Assembly (NCBI GenBank): GCA_963770875.1
Contig: CAVYRE010000001.1
Coordinates: 148,064 to 212,063 of the forward strand
DNA length: 64,000 nucleotides
From: an uncultured Chloroflexia bacterium
Lineage (GTDB): Bacteria; Chloroflexota; Limnocylindria; QHBO01
Direction: 5' to 3'
Of the stretch, positions 30,183-39,780 are shown one piece after another (the first letter of the stretch is position 1; each line of letters starts with the position of its first letter). A program made the translations under genes and the position numbers. Below the pieces are notes generated by a model, which made no database searches, had not been told where the DNA came from, and worked only from the letters and a program-made list of their open reading frames with translations.

Positions 30183-31559
30183 ATGACGATGACGAACAGC
30201 ACCGACCCCCTCGCCACCTTCACCGCCGACATCGCCCCGCGACCCATCCCCGCGGCGCTCCTCGCCGCCCGGCGCGACGTCATGGCGGCGGTGCGAGACC
30301 TCGCCACCCTCACCGATGCGGACCTCGCCACGGAGTGGGCCTGGACGGGCGGCAGCGAGGACGAGATCCGCTACGGCTTCTATCGGATCTACGAGGACTT
30401 CGAGCGCGCCGGCATCGATGCCGCGGCGGCGGTCCGCGCGGCGGGCAGCGACCGAGGCAGAGCGGCAGACCTGATCGCCCCGGCCACCGCCGCCCGATGG
30501 GACCTCCAGGGGATCCTGCTCCAGCTGCCGGACGCGGCCTGGGACGCGGATCCGGGCGGCGAGGAGTGGACCATGCGCCAGACGCTCGGCCACGTCATCG
30601 GCGGCCAGCGCGGCTATGGCGCGGCACACCGCCTGGTGGCAGGCGCAGGGGCTCCCGGCCAATGACGACCTGCCCAAAGGTGCGCCCTCCGTTCTGGGCG
30701 GAGCTGCCGGAGGACGAGGAAGAGGGGGCGGGCACGCCGGCCGAGGTTCGTGCCCGTCTCGACGAGCTCCTCGACCAATCCACCGAACGGCTGGCCGGCC
30801 TGCCGCCCGAGCGCCTCGCGCATCGGCACGCGCTGGGCTGGCTTCGCGGTGGACATCGGCTTCCGGATCGGCCGATGGTCGTCGCACCTCCGGGAGCACG
30901 CCATCCAGGTCGAGAAGACGATGGTGATGATCGGGCATACGCCCACGGAGGTGGACCGATTGATCCGCCTGATCCTCGCCGCGTGGGGCCAGGCGGAGGC
31001 CGTCGTCTACGGCTCGACCGGCGCCGACGAGGCGATCGCTGTCCTGGCGAGGGCCGCTGCCGAAGCAGGCGACACAGCTTCGGAGCTGATCCGGGTGGCA
31101 ACTCCTTCGCCCGCTCCGGCTCCGCCTCCTGCTGCCGCCCCTCCGCCCGTGACGCACGATGTCGAGCGGCTGCGTGCCTTCGCGGAGCGATACACGGCGG
31201 CCTGGTGCAGCATGGACCCGACCCGCGTGGCCCAGCACTTCGCTCCGGGCGGGTCGCTGACGATCAACGACGGCCCGCCGGCGATCGGTCGCGCGGCCAT
31301 CACCCAGGCGGCCAACGGCTTCTACGTCGCGCTGCCGGACATGCAGGTCTACTTCGACGACCTGGTGCTCGACGGCGACCGCATCGAGTACCACTGGACC
31401 TTCACCGGCACGAACACCGGGCCGGGCGGCACCGGCAAGCGGGTGCGGGTCAGCGGGTTCGAGGAGTGGACGGTCGACGACCACGGGCTGATCTCCACCT
31501 CGCAGGGCCACTACGACGCCGCCGAGTACGCGAGGCAGCTGGAGCACGGGATCGACTGA
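30183..31559 (+). pseudogene. DinB_2-like N-terminal domain fused to SnoaL-like C-terminal domain, >=2 frame disruptions (30640-30860)
   Basis: TLGHVIGGQRGYGAAH (frame 1), WWQAQGLPANDDLPKG / PFWAELPEDEEEGAGTPAEVRARLDELL (other frames), then SnoaL-like VTHDVERLRAFAERYTAAW...YHWTFTGTN. Confidence 0.5.
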
Positions 31560-31623
31560 CCCGACGTCGGCGAGAGTGTGCTAGCCTGTGCGCACATATC
31601 TGCACACTTCAGGAGACGGCCCG

Positions 31624-31866
31624 ATGGCCCTGGCCCGCACGAACCTGACCCTCCCCCAGGACCTCATGGCGGAGGTCGACGCCCTGGCCGGACCGCGCGG
31701 CCGAAGCCGATACGTGGCGGAGGCGGTCGCAGCCCGCGTGAAGCGCGACAAGCTCGGCAAGGCGATCCGCGAGACCGCCGGAATCCTCGTCGGGACGCCG
31801 TACCAGATGACGCGCGACGAGGTCACCGCCTGGGTCGACTTCCTGCGCTCCGAGGAGACCGATTGA
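31624..31866 (+). CDS. vapB: ribbon-helix-helix antitoxin (VapB-like)
   Basis: MALARTNLTLPQDLMAEVDALAG; AGGAGA 8 nt upstream; precedes PIN gene by 1 nt. Confidence 0.7.
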   Translation: MALARTNLTLPQDLMAEVDALAGPRGRSRYVAEAVAARVKRDKLGKAIRETAGILVGTPYQMTRDEVTAWVDFLRSEETD

Positions 31867-31867
31867 G

Positions 31868-32248
31868 ATGCGGTACCTCCTCGATTCCACGCTGCTGATC
31901 GACCACGCGAACCGCGACGAGCCCGCCGCCGAGTTGCTCGAGCGGCTCCACTCCGGGCCGCACGAGCTCTACACCTGCGACGTTGTCACCTGCGAGACGC
32001 TGTCTCAGGGCGACCCGGACCATCTGCGTCACCTACGGGTGCTGCTCGACGCCCTCGAATACGTCGCCACATCCCCAACGGCTGCCCGCTGGGCGGCGGC
32101 ATCGCGCCTGAAGCGACGCCGGGCTGGGGGCAAGTTCGGCCTGGGGGACTCGCTGATCGCCGGCGTGGCCGCCGAGCTCGGCGCCACGGTGGTTACCCGC
32201 AACCGCCCCGACTTCGAGCGGCAGGGGATCGAGGTCCTCAGCTACTAG
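31868..32248 (+). CDS. vapC: PIN-domain toxin VapC
   Basis: MRYLLDSTLLIDHANRDEP...GDSLIAGVAAELGATVVTRNRPDF. Confidence 0.8.
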   Translation: MRYLLDSTLLIDHANRDEPAAELLERLHSGPHELYTCDVVTCETLSQGDPDHLRHLRVLLDALEYVATSPTAARWAAASRLKRRRAGGKFGLGDSLIAGVAAELGATVVTRNRPDFERQGIEVLSY

Positions 32249-32283
32249 GCGGGTGTGCGGCTGGTGCCGAGGATCGCCCGCGG

Positions 32284-33213
32284 CTAGCGAAAGACCCGAA
32301 GGCTCCCCGGCTGGATCTCGAAGGTCACCGGCGTGATGCCGATCGACCGGCCATCGGCGTGGGCCGGCAGCACCCGCCTCGCACCGCGCACCGTCACCCG
32401 CTTCGCGCGCAGCACCTCCATCCGCGGCTCCTTCCGCTCGCGACCGCGTGCCACGCGCAGGAAATGGTGCACGACCTGGAGCTCGCTCATGCCGCTGAAG
32501 ATCGCGATGTCGAACAGTCCATCGGCCGGGTCCGCGTCGGGCACCAGGGCGAAGCCGAGCCCATGGTATGGACCGATGCACACGGTGATCGCCGGTGCCC
32601 GACGGTACAGCTCGCGACCGTCCAGCTCGATCACCATTCCGGTCCGGCGCCGCCGCAGCGCACGCCACATGGCGCGGATCGCGAACCGCCAGCCGGCCCG
32701 GCCACCGAGCTCCACCGCCCCGAAGCCGGCAGCGTCGAGGCCGACGCCGGCCGCCTCGAAAAACGAGGTCGCCCCCTGTGGCGAGCTTTCGTCCTGCGAG
32801 CCTGTGTGCCAGGCCAGGCCAGCATCGACCTGCACGACCTGCCCGCGGCCGATCACGTCGAGCGCCGGCTCGAGCTCGACGGGAATGCCGAGGGCGTGCG
32901 CGATGTTGTTCCACGAGCCCGTGGGGAGGATCCCCAAGGTCTTGTCGCTGCCGGTGAGCACCTCGGCCACCTGGCCCACCGTGCCATCCCCTCCGGCAAC
33001 CACCACGTCCTCGTCGGGCGCCGCGCCGCGGGCGACCACAGCTGGGTCGTCGGCGGCGAGGGCATGCAGCCGCACTCGAAGCCCGCGCTGCTCCAGCGCC
33101 GCGGCCAAGGCCGCAGGCTCGAGTGCCGCGGCGTCGCCTGAGAGCGGCGCTGTCGACCCGGGCTTCCCTCCGGAAACCGGGTTGACGATGAGGAGGATCG
33201 CGCGGCCGGTCAC
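32284..33213 (-). CDS. diacylglycerol kinase catalytic-domain lipid kinase (YegS/BmrU-like)
   Basis: LLIVNPVSGG...VVAGGDGTV...GILPTGSWNNIA. Confidence 0.8.
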   Translation of the reverse strand: MTGRAILLIVNPVSGGKPGSTAPLSGDAAALEPAALAAALEQRGLRVRLHALAADDPAVVARGAAPDEDVVVAGGDGTVGQVAEVLTGSDKTLGILPTGSWNNIAHALGIPVELEPALDVIGRGQVVQVDAGLAWHTGSQDESSPQGATSFFEAAGVGLDAAGFGAVELGGRAGWRFAIRAMWRALRRRRTGMVIELDGRELYRRAPAITVCIGPYHGLGFALVPDADPADGLFDIAIFSGMSELQVVHHFLRVARGRERKEPRMEVLRAKRVTVRGARRVLPAHADGRSIGITPVTFEIQPGSLRVFR

Positions 33214-33243
33214 GAACCGGCGTCGACCACGCCCCGCGTCTGC

Positions 33244-34392
33244 CTAAGCAGCGGTCGCCGGCGGTACCGCCGACCTGCCCCGCGACCGCCAGGCGTGCCA
33301 CCAGGCGACCGCGAAGGCGCCGATGCCGAACAGGATCACGGCCAGCTTCAGCCAACCCCCGAGGATGGGGATGCTGGTCACGATGACCACGCCCGCTGCC
33401 CCGGCCGCGAGCAGGCCCAGGTCCTGCCATCGGTTGTCGGCCTGGACGCCGGCGGCGGTGCGCGACATCGCCCAGCGGGCGACCGTGAGGCCGACCAGCG
33501 CATCGGCCACGAAGGCGCAGGCGAGCACGAACAGGAAGGTGACGACGCTGATCGCCAGCAGGCCGCCGAGCAGGTCGATCGCCACCAGCGCCCCGACCTG
33601 GAGCAGCCCGAACAGGATGGCCAGCAGGACCATGGCGAGGGTCGCCGCGATCACGAAGGCGATGTAGCCCACGAACGCCAGCGCCCCGCCGCCGAGCGAC
33701 AGCCAGGGTCGGTCGCGGAGCGTCTGGCCCGCGGCCGCCATGCGGCGCGGCAGCAGCCACAGCAGCAGGGCGCCGAACAGGAAGACGACCACGAACTGCC
33801 GCAGCGCGTCCAGCACGGGCTCGGACGCGGCGACCGGCAATGACCGGCTGGGGGCCACGACCACGTGCTCCGTGCCGCCCACCGCGCCGCCGGCCGAATA
33901 GGTGCCGGCGCTGCCCTCGACGCTGCCCCGAACCGACCCGGACATCGTCACCTGGCCGCCGGAGACGATCAGGTCGCCACCGATCTCGCCACTCCCGGGA
34001 ATCGTCACCTGGCCGCCGGCAGCGGCCACGTCATCGCGCACCGTCCCGCCCATGGTGATCTGCCCGCCGGCCAGCCGCGCGTCGCCGCGGACGACCCCGC
34101 CGATCGAAACGGTACCGCCCGCCGCGAGGAGGTCGCCGGTGACAGTGCCCGTCACGTCAACCTGGCCGCCCAGGACGGTCAGGTCGCCATCGACGAAGCC
34201 GGCCACCGTGACGCGTCCGCCCAGCAGGTACAGGTCCCCACGCCATTTCTCGTCCGCGGGCACGGTGATGTTGTCGCCGGTGCGCAGCTTCCCGCCCAGC
34301 AGCTGCCCCTTGCCCAGGACCAGGCTGGCCGCCAGCACCAGGAGCAGCACTGCGGCCGCCAACGCCGCACCTCGGCGCAGCCATCGGCTCAT
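33244..34392 (-). CDS. bactofilin-like repeat protein with C-terminal membrane domain
   Basis: Start MSRWLRR by arithmetic; repetitive G-rich beta-solenoid-like segments (GDLTVLGGQVDVTGTVTGDLLAAGGTVSIGG...) followed by multiple TM helices. Confidence 0.6.
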   Translation of the reverse strand: MSRWLRRGAALAAAVLLLVLAASLVLGKGQLLGGKLRTGDNITVPADEKWRGDLYLLGGRVTVAGFVDGDLTVLGGQVDVTGTVTGDLLAAGGTVSIGGVVRGDARLAGGQITMGGTVRDDVAAAGGQVTIPGSGEIGGDLIVSGGQVTMSGSVRGSVEGSAGTYSAGGAVGGTEHVVVAPSRSLPVAASEPVLDALRQFVVVFLFGALLLWLLPRRMAAAGQTLRDRPWLSLGGGALAFVGYIAFVIAATLAMVLLAILFGLLQVGALVAIDLLGGLLAISVVTFLFVLACAFVADALVGLTVARWAMSRTAAGVQADNRWQDLGLLAAGAAGVVIVTSIPILGGWLKLAVILFGIGAFAVAWWHAWRSRGRSAVPPATAA

Positions 34393-34446
34393 GGAATCCC
34401 TCCTTCGGATCTGATTGGACCGATGGTCGGCTCGTCCGGGCGACGA

Positions 34447-35141
34447 GTCAAGGGCCACTCGGACGGAGCGCCAGCCAGGCGGCGGACATCCCGATCCCCA
34501 TGCCGGCCACGAAGATCGGCCAGGCAAAGGCGGTCGGCATCCCGCCGTCGAGCACCAGGGCCGGCGTTGGTCAGGAAGCTGACGATCACGATCGCACCGC
34601 CGAGCAGCAGGGCGCCCAGGTGACGCCGGTCGAATCGGACTGACAGGCCAGCGCGCAGGCGTCCCGCGCAGGCCAGGCCGAAGCCGATGAGGGCCGCGCT
34701 GACCGCGATCGGCGCCCAGACCGGGCCGGCCCAGGGAGCCGGCAGCAGGAAGAGGAGGTCCCAGGTGCCCAGGCTCGGGGGCCAGCCACTGAAGACCCAC
34801 AGCCAGGCGTAGTAGCCGATGTCCCAGGTCCCGAACACCACGGCCGCCCAGGCCAGGCGCTCGAGCGGGCTCCGTCCCGCGATCCAGGCGACGGCGCCGA
34901 TCATGACCAGCGTCGCCCCCTCGCGCCCCACCTCGATCCAGCCGAACGGGGTGACGGCGGGGGAGAGGTCGATGGGGAAGATCGAGCCGGTCGGCACGCC
35001 CAGCGCCGCCCGCAGGTAGACGACCACGGCCGATTCGACGTAGGCCATCGCCACGGCGTAGAGCACGGTCCCCGCGGTCAATCCGAGGGGCGGAAGCCAC
35101 CGGGGCGTCCGAGGCTCAGCTGTGGGCTGTGGATCGAGCAT
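34447..35141 (-). CDS. hypothetical integral membrane protein, frame disrupted near 34557
   Basis: After ...LLGGAIVIVSFLTNA the protein continues in the -1 frame as ...LVLDGGMPTAFAWPIFVAGMGIGMSAAWLALRPSGP; the 37443-37530 fragment is homologous to this tail. Confidence 0.5.
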
Positions 35142-35147
35142 TGACTT

Positions 35148-36353
35148 CTAGGACGCGGCCCGATGCGCGGCGGACAGGCGCATGGCGCCCGGAACGCCTT
35201 TGAGCTCCACCGGCCCGATCTCCGTGAACGTCACCCCTGCTCCGTCCGAGGCGTCCACCACGGCCTGGCTGACGACGACCTCACCGGGCCGCGCGTATTC
35301 GGCGATGCGCGACGCGACATTCACCGTCTGCCCGTAGTAGTCGCCCTCCTGGAAGATCACCGGACCCGCGTGCAGGCCGACATGTGCGGGCGGTAGTCCG
35401 GCCTCGGCCAGATCGGTGACCATCTCCAGGGCGGCCACCACGCCTGGACCCGGGTCGCGGAAGAAGAACATCACGCCGTCACCGAGCCATTTCACCGGCC
35501 GGCCACCGTGCTTTACCGAGGCCCGATGCACCAGTCGACCCAGCTCCTCGGCCAGGTCCGCCGCCGCCGCATCCCCCCGTTCCTGGGTGAGCCGCGTGTA
35601 GCCGGTGATGTCCAGGAAGCACATGGCAGGCGGTCGCTCGAGGCGGCTGGTGAGTCCCGCCGCGGCCAGCTCCCGCTCCCAGGCATCGATCAGGTTGGCG
35701 GTCACGGCATGCGCCTCGTGAGCGTGGTACATGGCGCGCCGCGCCTGGTCATTCAGCGGTGCGAATCGGGCGCGGAATTCGACCGCGATGGCCGCGATCT
35801 CGGCGCCGGCCTTGCCGGCGGCCCTGGGCGCGATGATCTCGCTCCGAAACCAGTCCGCCTCGACCTGGGCAACGCGCCGCATGCTGTCGCCGATGGCCCG
35901 CAGCGCGCGCTCGATGGTCGCCTGTTTGAACCCCGCCTCCACCTGGGCCTTGATGAGCGGCACGATGGCCATCTCGTCCTCGCGGACCCGGTCATCGGGG
36001 GTTGGCAGGGCGGCACCGATGGCCTCCCGGATGACCATCAGCAGGTCCACCGGGACCCCGCTCTTCGCACTCAGATCCGCAAAGGTCATCGGCGTGAACG
36101 AGGCGAAGCTATCGAAGGCCGGGCTGTCGAAGAAGGCGAGAGACATTTCACCCGTGCGCATCTGGCTCGCGATGCCCTCAAGCGGGATGCCCGCCACGAC
36201 GAAACTTTGGAGCAGGGCTACCCGCCGCACGTCGCCGGCCGAGAAGCGATCGCCCTCGCTCGGCTGGAGGATGCCGAGCTCCACCAGGCGGGTGACGGCG
36301 TCGACGCCGACCCCGGCGCGCTCCGCCGCCTCCTGCCTCGAGTAGTCGCTCAC
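35148..36353 (-). CDS. MerR-like HTH + class III adenylate/guanylate cyclase
   Basis: N-term MSDYSRQEAAERAGVGVDAVTRLVELGIL (HTH), C-term cyclase FLDITGYTRL...WLGDGVMFFF...GLHAGPVIFQEGDYYGQTVNVASRIAE. Confidence 0.8.
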   Translation of the reverse strand: MSDYSRQEAAERAGVGVDAVTRLVELGILQPSEGDRFSAGDVRRVALLQSFVVAGIPLEGIASQMRTGEMSLAFFDSPAFDSFASFTPMTFADLSAKSGVPVDLLMVIREAIGAALPTPDDRVREDEMAIVPLIKAQVEAGFKQATIERALRAIGDSMRRVAQVEADWFRSEIIAPRAAGKAGAEIAAIAVEFRARFAPLNDQARRAMYHAHEAHAVTANLIDAWERELAAAGLTSRLERPPAMCFLDITGYTRLTQERGDAAAADLAEELGRLVHRASVKHGGRPVKWLGDGVMFFFRDPGPGVVAALEMVTDLAEAGLPPAHVGLHAGPVIFQEGDYYGQTVNVASRIAEYARPGEVVVSQAVVDASDGAGVTFTEIGPVELKGVPGAMRLSAAHRAAS

Positions 36354-36391
36354 GCCGCCACTCTACGCGGCGGCGTTGCGCCCCGTCAGCG

Positions 36392-36742
36392 TCAGGAAGG
36401 GGCTCTGACGCGGATGCCAACGACCGCCGCGAAGTCGCCAGCGTTTCGTGTCACGAGGGTCAGCCGATGCTGAAGCGCCGTGGCGGCAATCAGCGCATCG
36501 GCCATCCCGATCTTCGACGAGCGACGCAGGCGACCCGCGCGTTCGGCCACGGGACGATCCACGGGAAGCTCCGTGAACGGGTCGAGCAGGCGCCGGACCC
36601 GGGTCTCCTCCGCGGGTCGTCCGGCAAAGAGCTCGGCGCGCGTGATGGACGACACGTGCACGTCGTCCTTGCCAGGTGCGAAACGGTGGTGACCGCGGAG
36701 ATGGTCGATGAGCACGTCGGTATCGACCAGGACGCGGGTCAC
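36392..36742 (-). CDS. vapC: PIN-domain toxin VapC
   Basis: VTRVLVDTDVLIDHLRG...IGMADALIAATALQHRLTLVTRNAGDF. Confidence 0.75.
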   Translation of the reverse strand: MTRVLVDTDVLIDHLRGHHRFAPGKDDVHVSSITRAELFAGRPAEETRVRRLLDPFTELPVDRPVAERAGRLRRSSKIGMADALIAATALQHRLTLVTRNAGDFAAVVGIRVRAPS

Positions 36743-36957
36743 CGATCCCACTCGCTGCGCGCCGGCACGAGGAGGTCGGGAATGGTCCCGAAGGTCTCGT
36801 CGAGCGCCGTCTCGACATCGGGCCGGTCATCGGCCAGATAGGTGTCCACGGCTTCGCGGATCATGCGCGCCATGGGCGCACCGGTTCGACGGCCGCGGAG
36901 ATCGAGCCGCTTGCGCTGATCATCGGTCAGATAGATCTGGGTTCTCACGCTCGCCAT
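36739..36957 (-). CDS. vapB: ribbon-helix-helix antitoxin VapB
   Basis: MASVRTQIYLTDDQRKRLDLRGRRTGAPMARMIREAVDTYL; 4-nt overlap with vapC. Confidence 0.7.
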   Translation of the reverse strand: MASVRTQIYLTDDQRKRLDLRGRRTGAPMARMIREAVDTYLADDRPDVETALDETFGTIPDLLVPARSEWDR

Positions 36958-36982
36958 ATACAGCGGAGTATACAGCGGCCTC

Positions 36983-37423
36983 TCAGTTGAGCTGCTCCGC
37001 CAGCGCGATGACGATGCCCTCGGGGCCGCGGACGTAGCAGAGCCGATACTGGTCCTCGTACTGCACCACCTCGCCAACGAGCTCGGCGCCGTGGGTCTCC
37101 AGGCGGGCAAGGACCTCCTCGATGTCCGTGACGGCGAACATGATGCGACCGATGCCGAGGGTATTCACCGGTGCGTCTTCCGGACCGATCCTGACCGCCG
37201 GTGGTGTGTGGAACTTGTCCAGCTCAATCCGCCCGTGGCCATCGGGGGTCCGCATCATGGCGAGGTCGCTGCGGACGCCGTCGAGCCCAACGACGCGGTC
37301 CACCGACTCCCCCTCGACGGTCGCCTTGCCCTCGAGCTCCATGCCAAGTTCGGTGAAGAACGCGATGGCAGCCTGGAGGTCGTCGACCACGATGAGGATG
37401 TTGTCCATTCGCAGCAGGGTCAT
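36983..37423 (-). CDS. VOC family protein (glyoxalase/bleomycin-resistance fold)
   Basis: MDNILIVVDDLQAAIAFFTELGMELEG... Confidence 0.75.
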   Translation of the reverse strand: MTLLRMDNILIVVDDLQAAIAFFTELGMELEGKATVEGESVDRVVGLDGVRSDLAMMRTPDGHGRIELDKFHTPPAVRIGPEDAPVNTLGIGRIMFAVTDIEEVLARLETHGAELVGEVVQYEDQYRLCYVRGPEGIVIALAEQLN

Positions 37424-37442
37424 CTCCTCAAGGGTAACGGAG

Positions 37443-37530
37443 CACCGTCCAGGCGGCGATCACCCCGACGCCACGCCGGCCGCGAAGATCGGCCAGGCGA
37501 GGTCAGCCGGCGTGCCACGGAGGCACAGGG
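37443..37530 (-). pseudogene. gene fragment homologous to 3' end of membrane-protein gene 34447..35141
   Basis: Nucleotide similarity of 37445-37510 to 34470-34545 (ccaggcggcg.atc.ccc..gcc.cgccggcc.cgaagatcggccaggc); encodes ...PADLAWPIFAAGVASG vs ...PTAFAWPIFVAGMGIG. Confidence 0.4.
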
Positions 37531-38016
37531 TCAGTGGCCGACTGGCCAGGTGCCCATCACCTGGCGCAGGATCGCGAACTCGCCGACGTGGTAGGCGTTG
37601 TGGTCGGCGACGATGCGGACCTCGCGCAGGATCGAGTGGCCGGGGGTGTGGGGGATCGGCGCCAGGAGGTCCGAGGCGGGATCGGCGACCAGCTCGGCGA
37701 GGGCGGCGCGGTCGGCCAGGAACTGCTCGACGCTGGCGGCGAACTGGGCCGGGGTGGCCTCCGCGGACGGATCCGGCCAGTAGCCGATCGGCCAATCCGG
37801 CGAGACCCACTCCGGGTCGCGGATGTACTCGAGGATGTCCACCTGCGTGAGGCGCAGGTGCTCGACCAGGTGCCACGGCGTGTAGCCGACGTTGGGCGGG
37901 CGGCGGTTGATGGCGTCAGCGGGGAAGTCGGCGACGGCGTCCTCGAAGGTCATGTGGGCGTCGTCGGCCTGGAGCAGGCGGAGCAGGTCGGCGCGGAGTC
38001 GGTCGTCGGTGGTCAT
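37531..38016 (-). CDS. DinB family protein
   Basis: DinB_2-like helices YTPWHLVEHLRLTQ ... HNAYHVGEFAIL. Confidence 0.7.
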   Translation of the reverse strand: MTTDDRLRADLLRLLQADDAHMTFEDAVADFPADAINRRPPNVGYTPWHLVEHLRLTQVDILEYIRDPEWVSPDWPIGYWPDPSAEATPAQFAASVEQFLADRAALAELVADPASDLLAPIPHTPGHSILREVRIVADHNAYHVGEFAILRQVMGTWPVGH

Positions 38017-38177
38017 GGGTCGCAGCCTACGCCGGTTCGTGGGTGGCGGCACCTGCTGCTGTCAGGGTCACTCGTGCAGTCGTGCTGCACGAAGCGTCAT
38101 GACGGCGGAACCGAGCCAGGCGGTGCCAGCTGAGCGATAAGGCGGGAGTAACTCGCCGTAAGTCCACTGCATTAGCC

Positions 38178-38206
38178 TTGACCAGGCTATGTCACTAGAC
38201 TATGCT
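38178..38206 (+). promoter_or_regulatory. candidate housekeeping-sigma promoter TTGACC-N17-TATGCT upstream of hicA-like ORF
   Basis: Seen in AT-richer stretch ...ccTTGACCaggctatgtcactagacTATGCTcgATGaag. Confidence 0.4.
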
Positions 38207-38208
38207 CG

Positions 38209-38424
38209 ATGAAGCGCGCGCGCGCTCATCCACCGGATCCGTACGGCGGCAGCCGCTCGAGACGTGCCGTGTCTCCTGGTCCGCGAAGGAAGCCGGCACG
38301 AGTTTTGGCAGGTCGGCCCGTTCTCGTCTCCATCCCGCGACACCGAGATATCAACGAATGGACGGCTGAAGGCATCATGCGCGACCTGGAACCGATGCTC
38401 GGCAAGGACTGGTGGCGACTGTGA
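38209..38424 (+). pseudogene. hicA: HicA-like toxin, frame disrupted near 38305
   Basis: N-part LLVREGSRHEFWQVG in one frame, C-part PVLVSIPRHRDINEWTAEGIMRDLEPMLGKDWWRL in +1 frame; single base missing in ggCCCgtt run. Confidence 0.5.
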
Positions 38425-38885
38425 GGCGCTTCACGGTCCGTGCTCGCCGCATCGGAGGCTGGTGGGCGCTTGACGTCGATGGCGAGCCTGGCGTCCACAG
38501 CCAGGTGCGCCGCATCGATCAGGCGGAGGAGATGGCCCGCGACGCCATTGCTGGCGTGCTCGACATCGCACCGGATTCCTTCGAGATCGTGGTAACGCCC
38601 GAGGTACCCGCCGCCGTTCGCCCGATGGTCGAAGAGGCAAAGAAGGCCCGCTCCAACGCTGCGAAGGCGCAGGACGCGGCCGCACAGCTCACTCGCGACG
38701 CAGCCCAGCGGCTCGTCGAAGGTGGCCTCACGGTACGCGATGCAGGCGTCCTCCTCGGGGTGTCCCACCAGCGCATCGCCCAGCTTGCGCGGCCTGCGCG
38801 GCCGTTGCGATCCGCGCGCATGGGGGCGCGCGTCGACCTGGAGGACAAGGAAGCGGTCCGCCGAGCCACCGACCGCGCATGGTGA
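38412..38885 (+). CDS. hicB: HicB-like antitoxin with C-terminal HTH
   Basis: RFTVRARRIGGWWALDVDGEPGVHSQVRRIDQAEEMARDAIAGVL (HicB fold) plus LTVRDAGVLLGVSHQRIAQLA. Confidence 0.7.
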   Translation: MATVRRFTVRARRIGGWWALDVDGEPGVHSQVRRIDQAEEMARDAIAGVLDIAPDSFEIVVTPEVPAAVRPMVEEAKKARSNAAKAQDAAAQLTRDAAQRLVEGGLTVRDAGVLLGVSHQRIAQLARPARPLRSARMGARVDLEDKEAVRRATDRAW

Positions 38886-38906
38886 GTCTGCGCGTAGGAT
38901 GAGCCG

Positions 38907-39263
38907 ATGGATGAGCAGCCGGTCCGCGACCACGCCCAGGCGACCTGCGATGCGCTGCTGGCCGGCGACATCGGCAAGGCTTCCGAGGAGATGAGCAGGG
39001 AGCTGCGCGCGAACCTCGGCTCGATCGTGGGCATGCTGCCGTTGCCGCTCACCGAGGCCACGGTCGAGTCGGTCGAGATGACCCCGCACGGCTACCGGGC
39101 GGTCCTGCACCTCGTCGGCGACGGTGGCAGCCTCAGTCTCGAGACGCGCTGGAAGGACCGCGACGGCCGGCCGACCATCGTCGAGGCGAGCCGGGTGCAC
39201 GAGGAGCCCGCTGTGACGGCCGGCGACGGGGATGCGGCTGGGGAACAGGATCCGTCAGGCTAG
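38907..39263 (+). CDS. hypothetical protein
   Basis: 118-aa ORF, non-junk composition. Confidence 0.4.
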   Translation: MDEQPVRDHAQATCDALLAGDIGKASEEMSRELRANLGSIVGMLPLPLTEATVESVEMTPHGYRAVLHLVGDGGSLSLETRWKDRDGRPTIVEASRVHEEPAVTAGDGDAAGEQDPSG

Positions 39264-39279
39264 TCTCGACCTCAGCGCG

Positions 39280-39468
39280 TCAGTGGCCGAGGTGCCACCA
39301 GTCGCAGTAGCGACAGCGATACGGATGGAGCGAGCCGTCCTGGTGCCGGCCGTGGCGGGCCTCGCTCTTCGCCTCGCGGCGGGTGATGTAGAGCGCCTTC
39401 GAGGTGCAGCCGCGGTCGACCAGTGGCAGGTTCCGGTTGATGAGCTGTCGGTAGGGGATGACGGTCAT
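39280..39468 (-). CDS. small Cys-rich protein, C-terminus YRCRYCDWWHLGH (paralog 2)
   Basis: 62 aa; ~70% identical to 23801..23995; upstream region shares TTATCGG-YCCTTA and GACAG-N4-CTGTCG motifs with paralog 1. Confidence 0.55.
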   Translation of the reverse strand: MTVIPYRQLINRNLPLVDRGCTSKALYITRREAKSEARHGRHQDGSLHPYRCRYCDWWHLGH

Positions 39469-39558
39469 GCAGGGATCGTGGATGGCGACCGCGACAGCTC
39501 TCTGTCGCAGTCGTCGCTAGGTAAGGGACCGATAAGCGCCGATCCCCACCCTGTGCCG

Positions 39559-39780
39559 ATGCCATTCCGAGACCTGGTCGGCCCACACGCCCTGCGCGAG
39601 GCGGCCGACGAAGGCATCACCTTGGAGGAGATGGAGGAGACCTACGTCGACCCTGACCTCACGCGGCCATCTGTGCACGACGAGGTGCGTGAGATCCGAA
39701 CCCGATGGTTCGGGGAATCGGCGATCGAGGTCGTGGTTGATACAATCGACGGCAGAGTGGTGACGACGTGGCGGAAGTAG
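39559..39780 (+). CDS. DUF4258-like small protein (putative toxin of DUF4258/DUF2283 pair)
   Basis: 73 aa MPFRDLVGPHALREAADEGITLEEMEETYVDPDL...; 13-nt overlap with next gene. Confidence 0.5.
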   Translation: MPFRDLVGPHALREAADEGITLEEMEETYVDPDLTRPSVHDEVREIRTRWFGESAIEVVVDTIDGRVVTTWRK

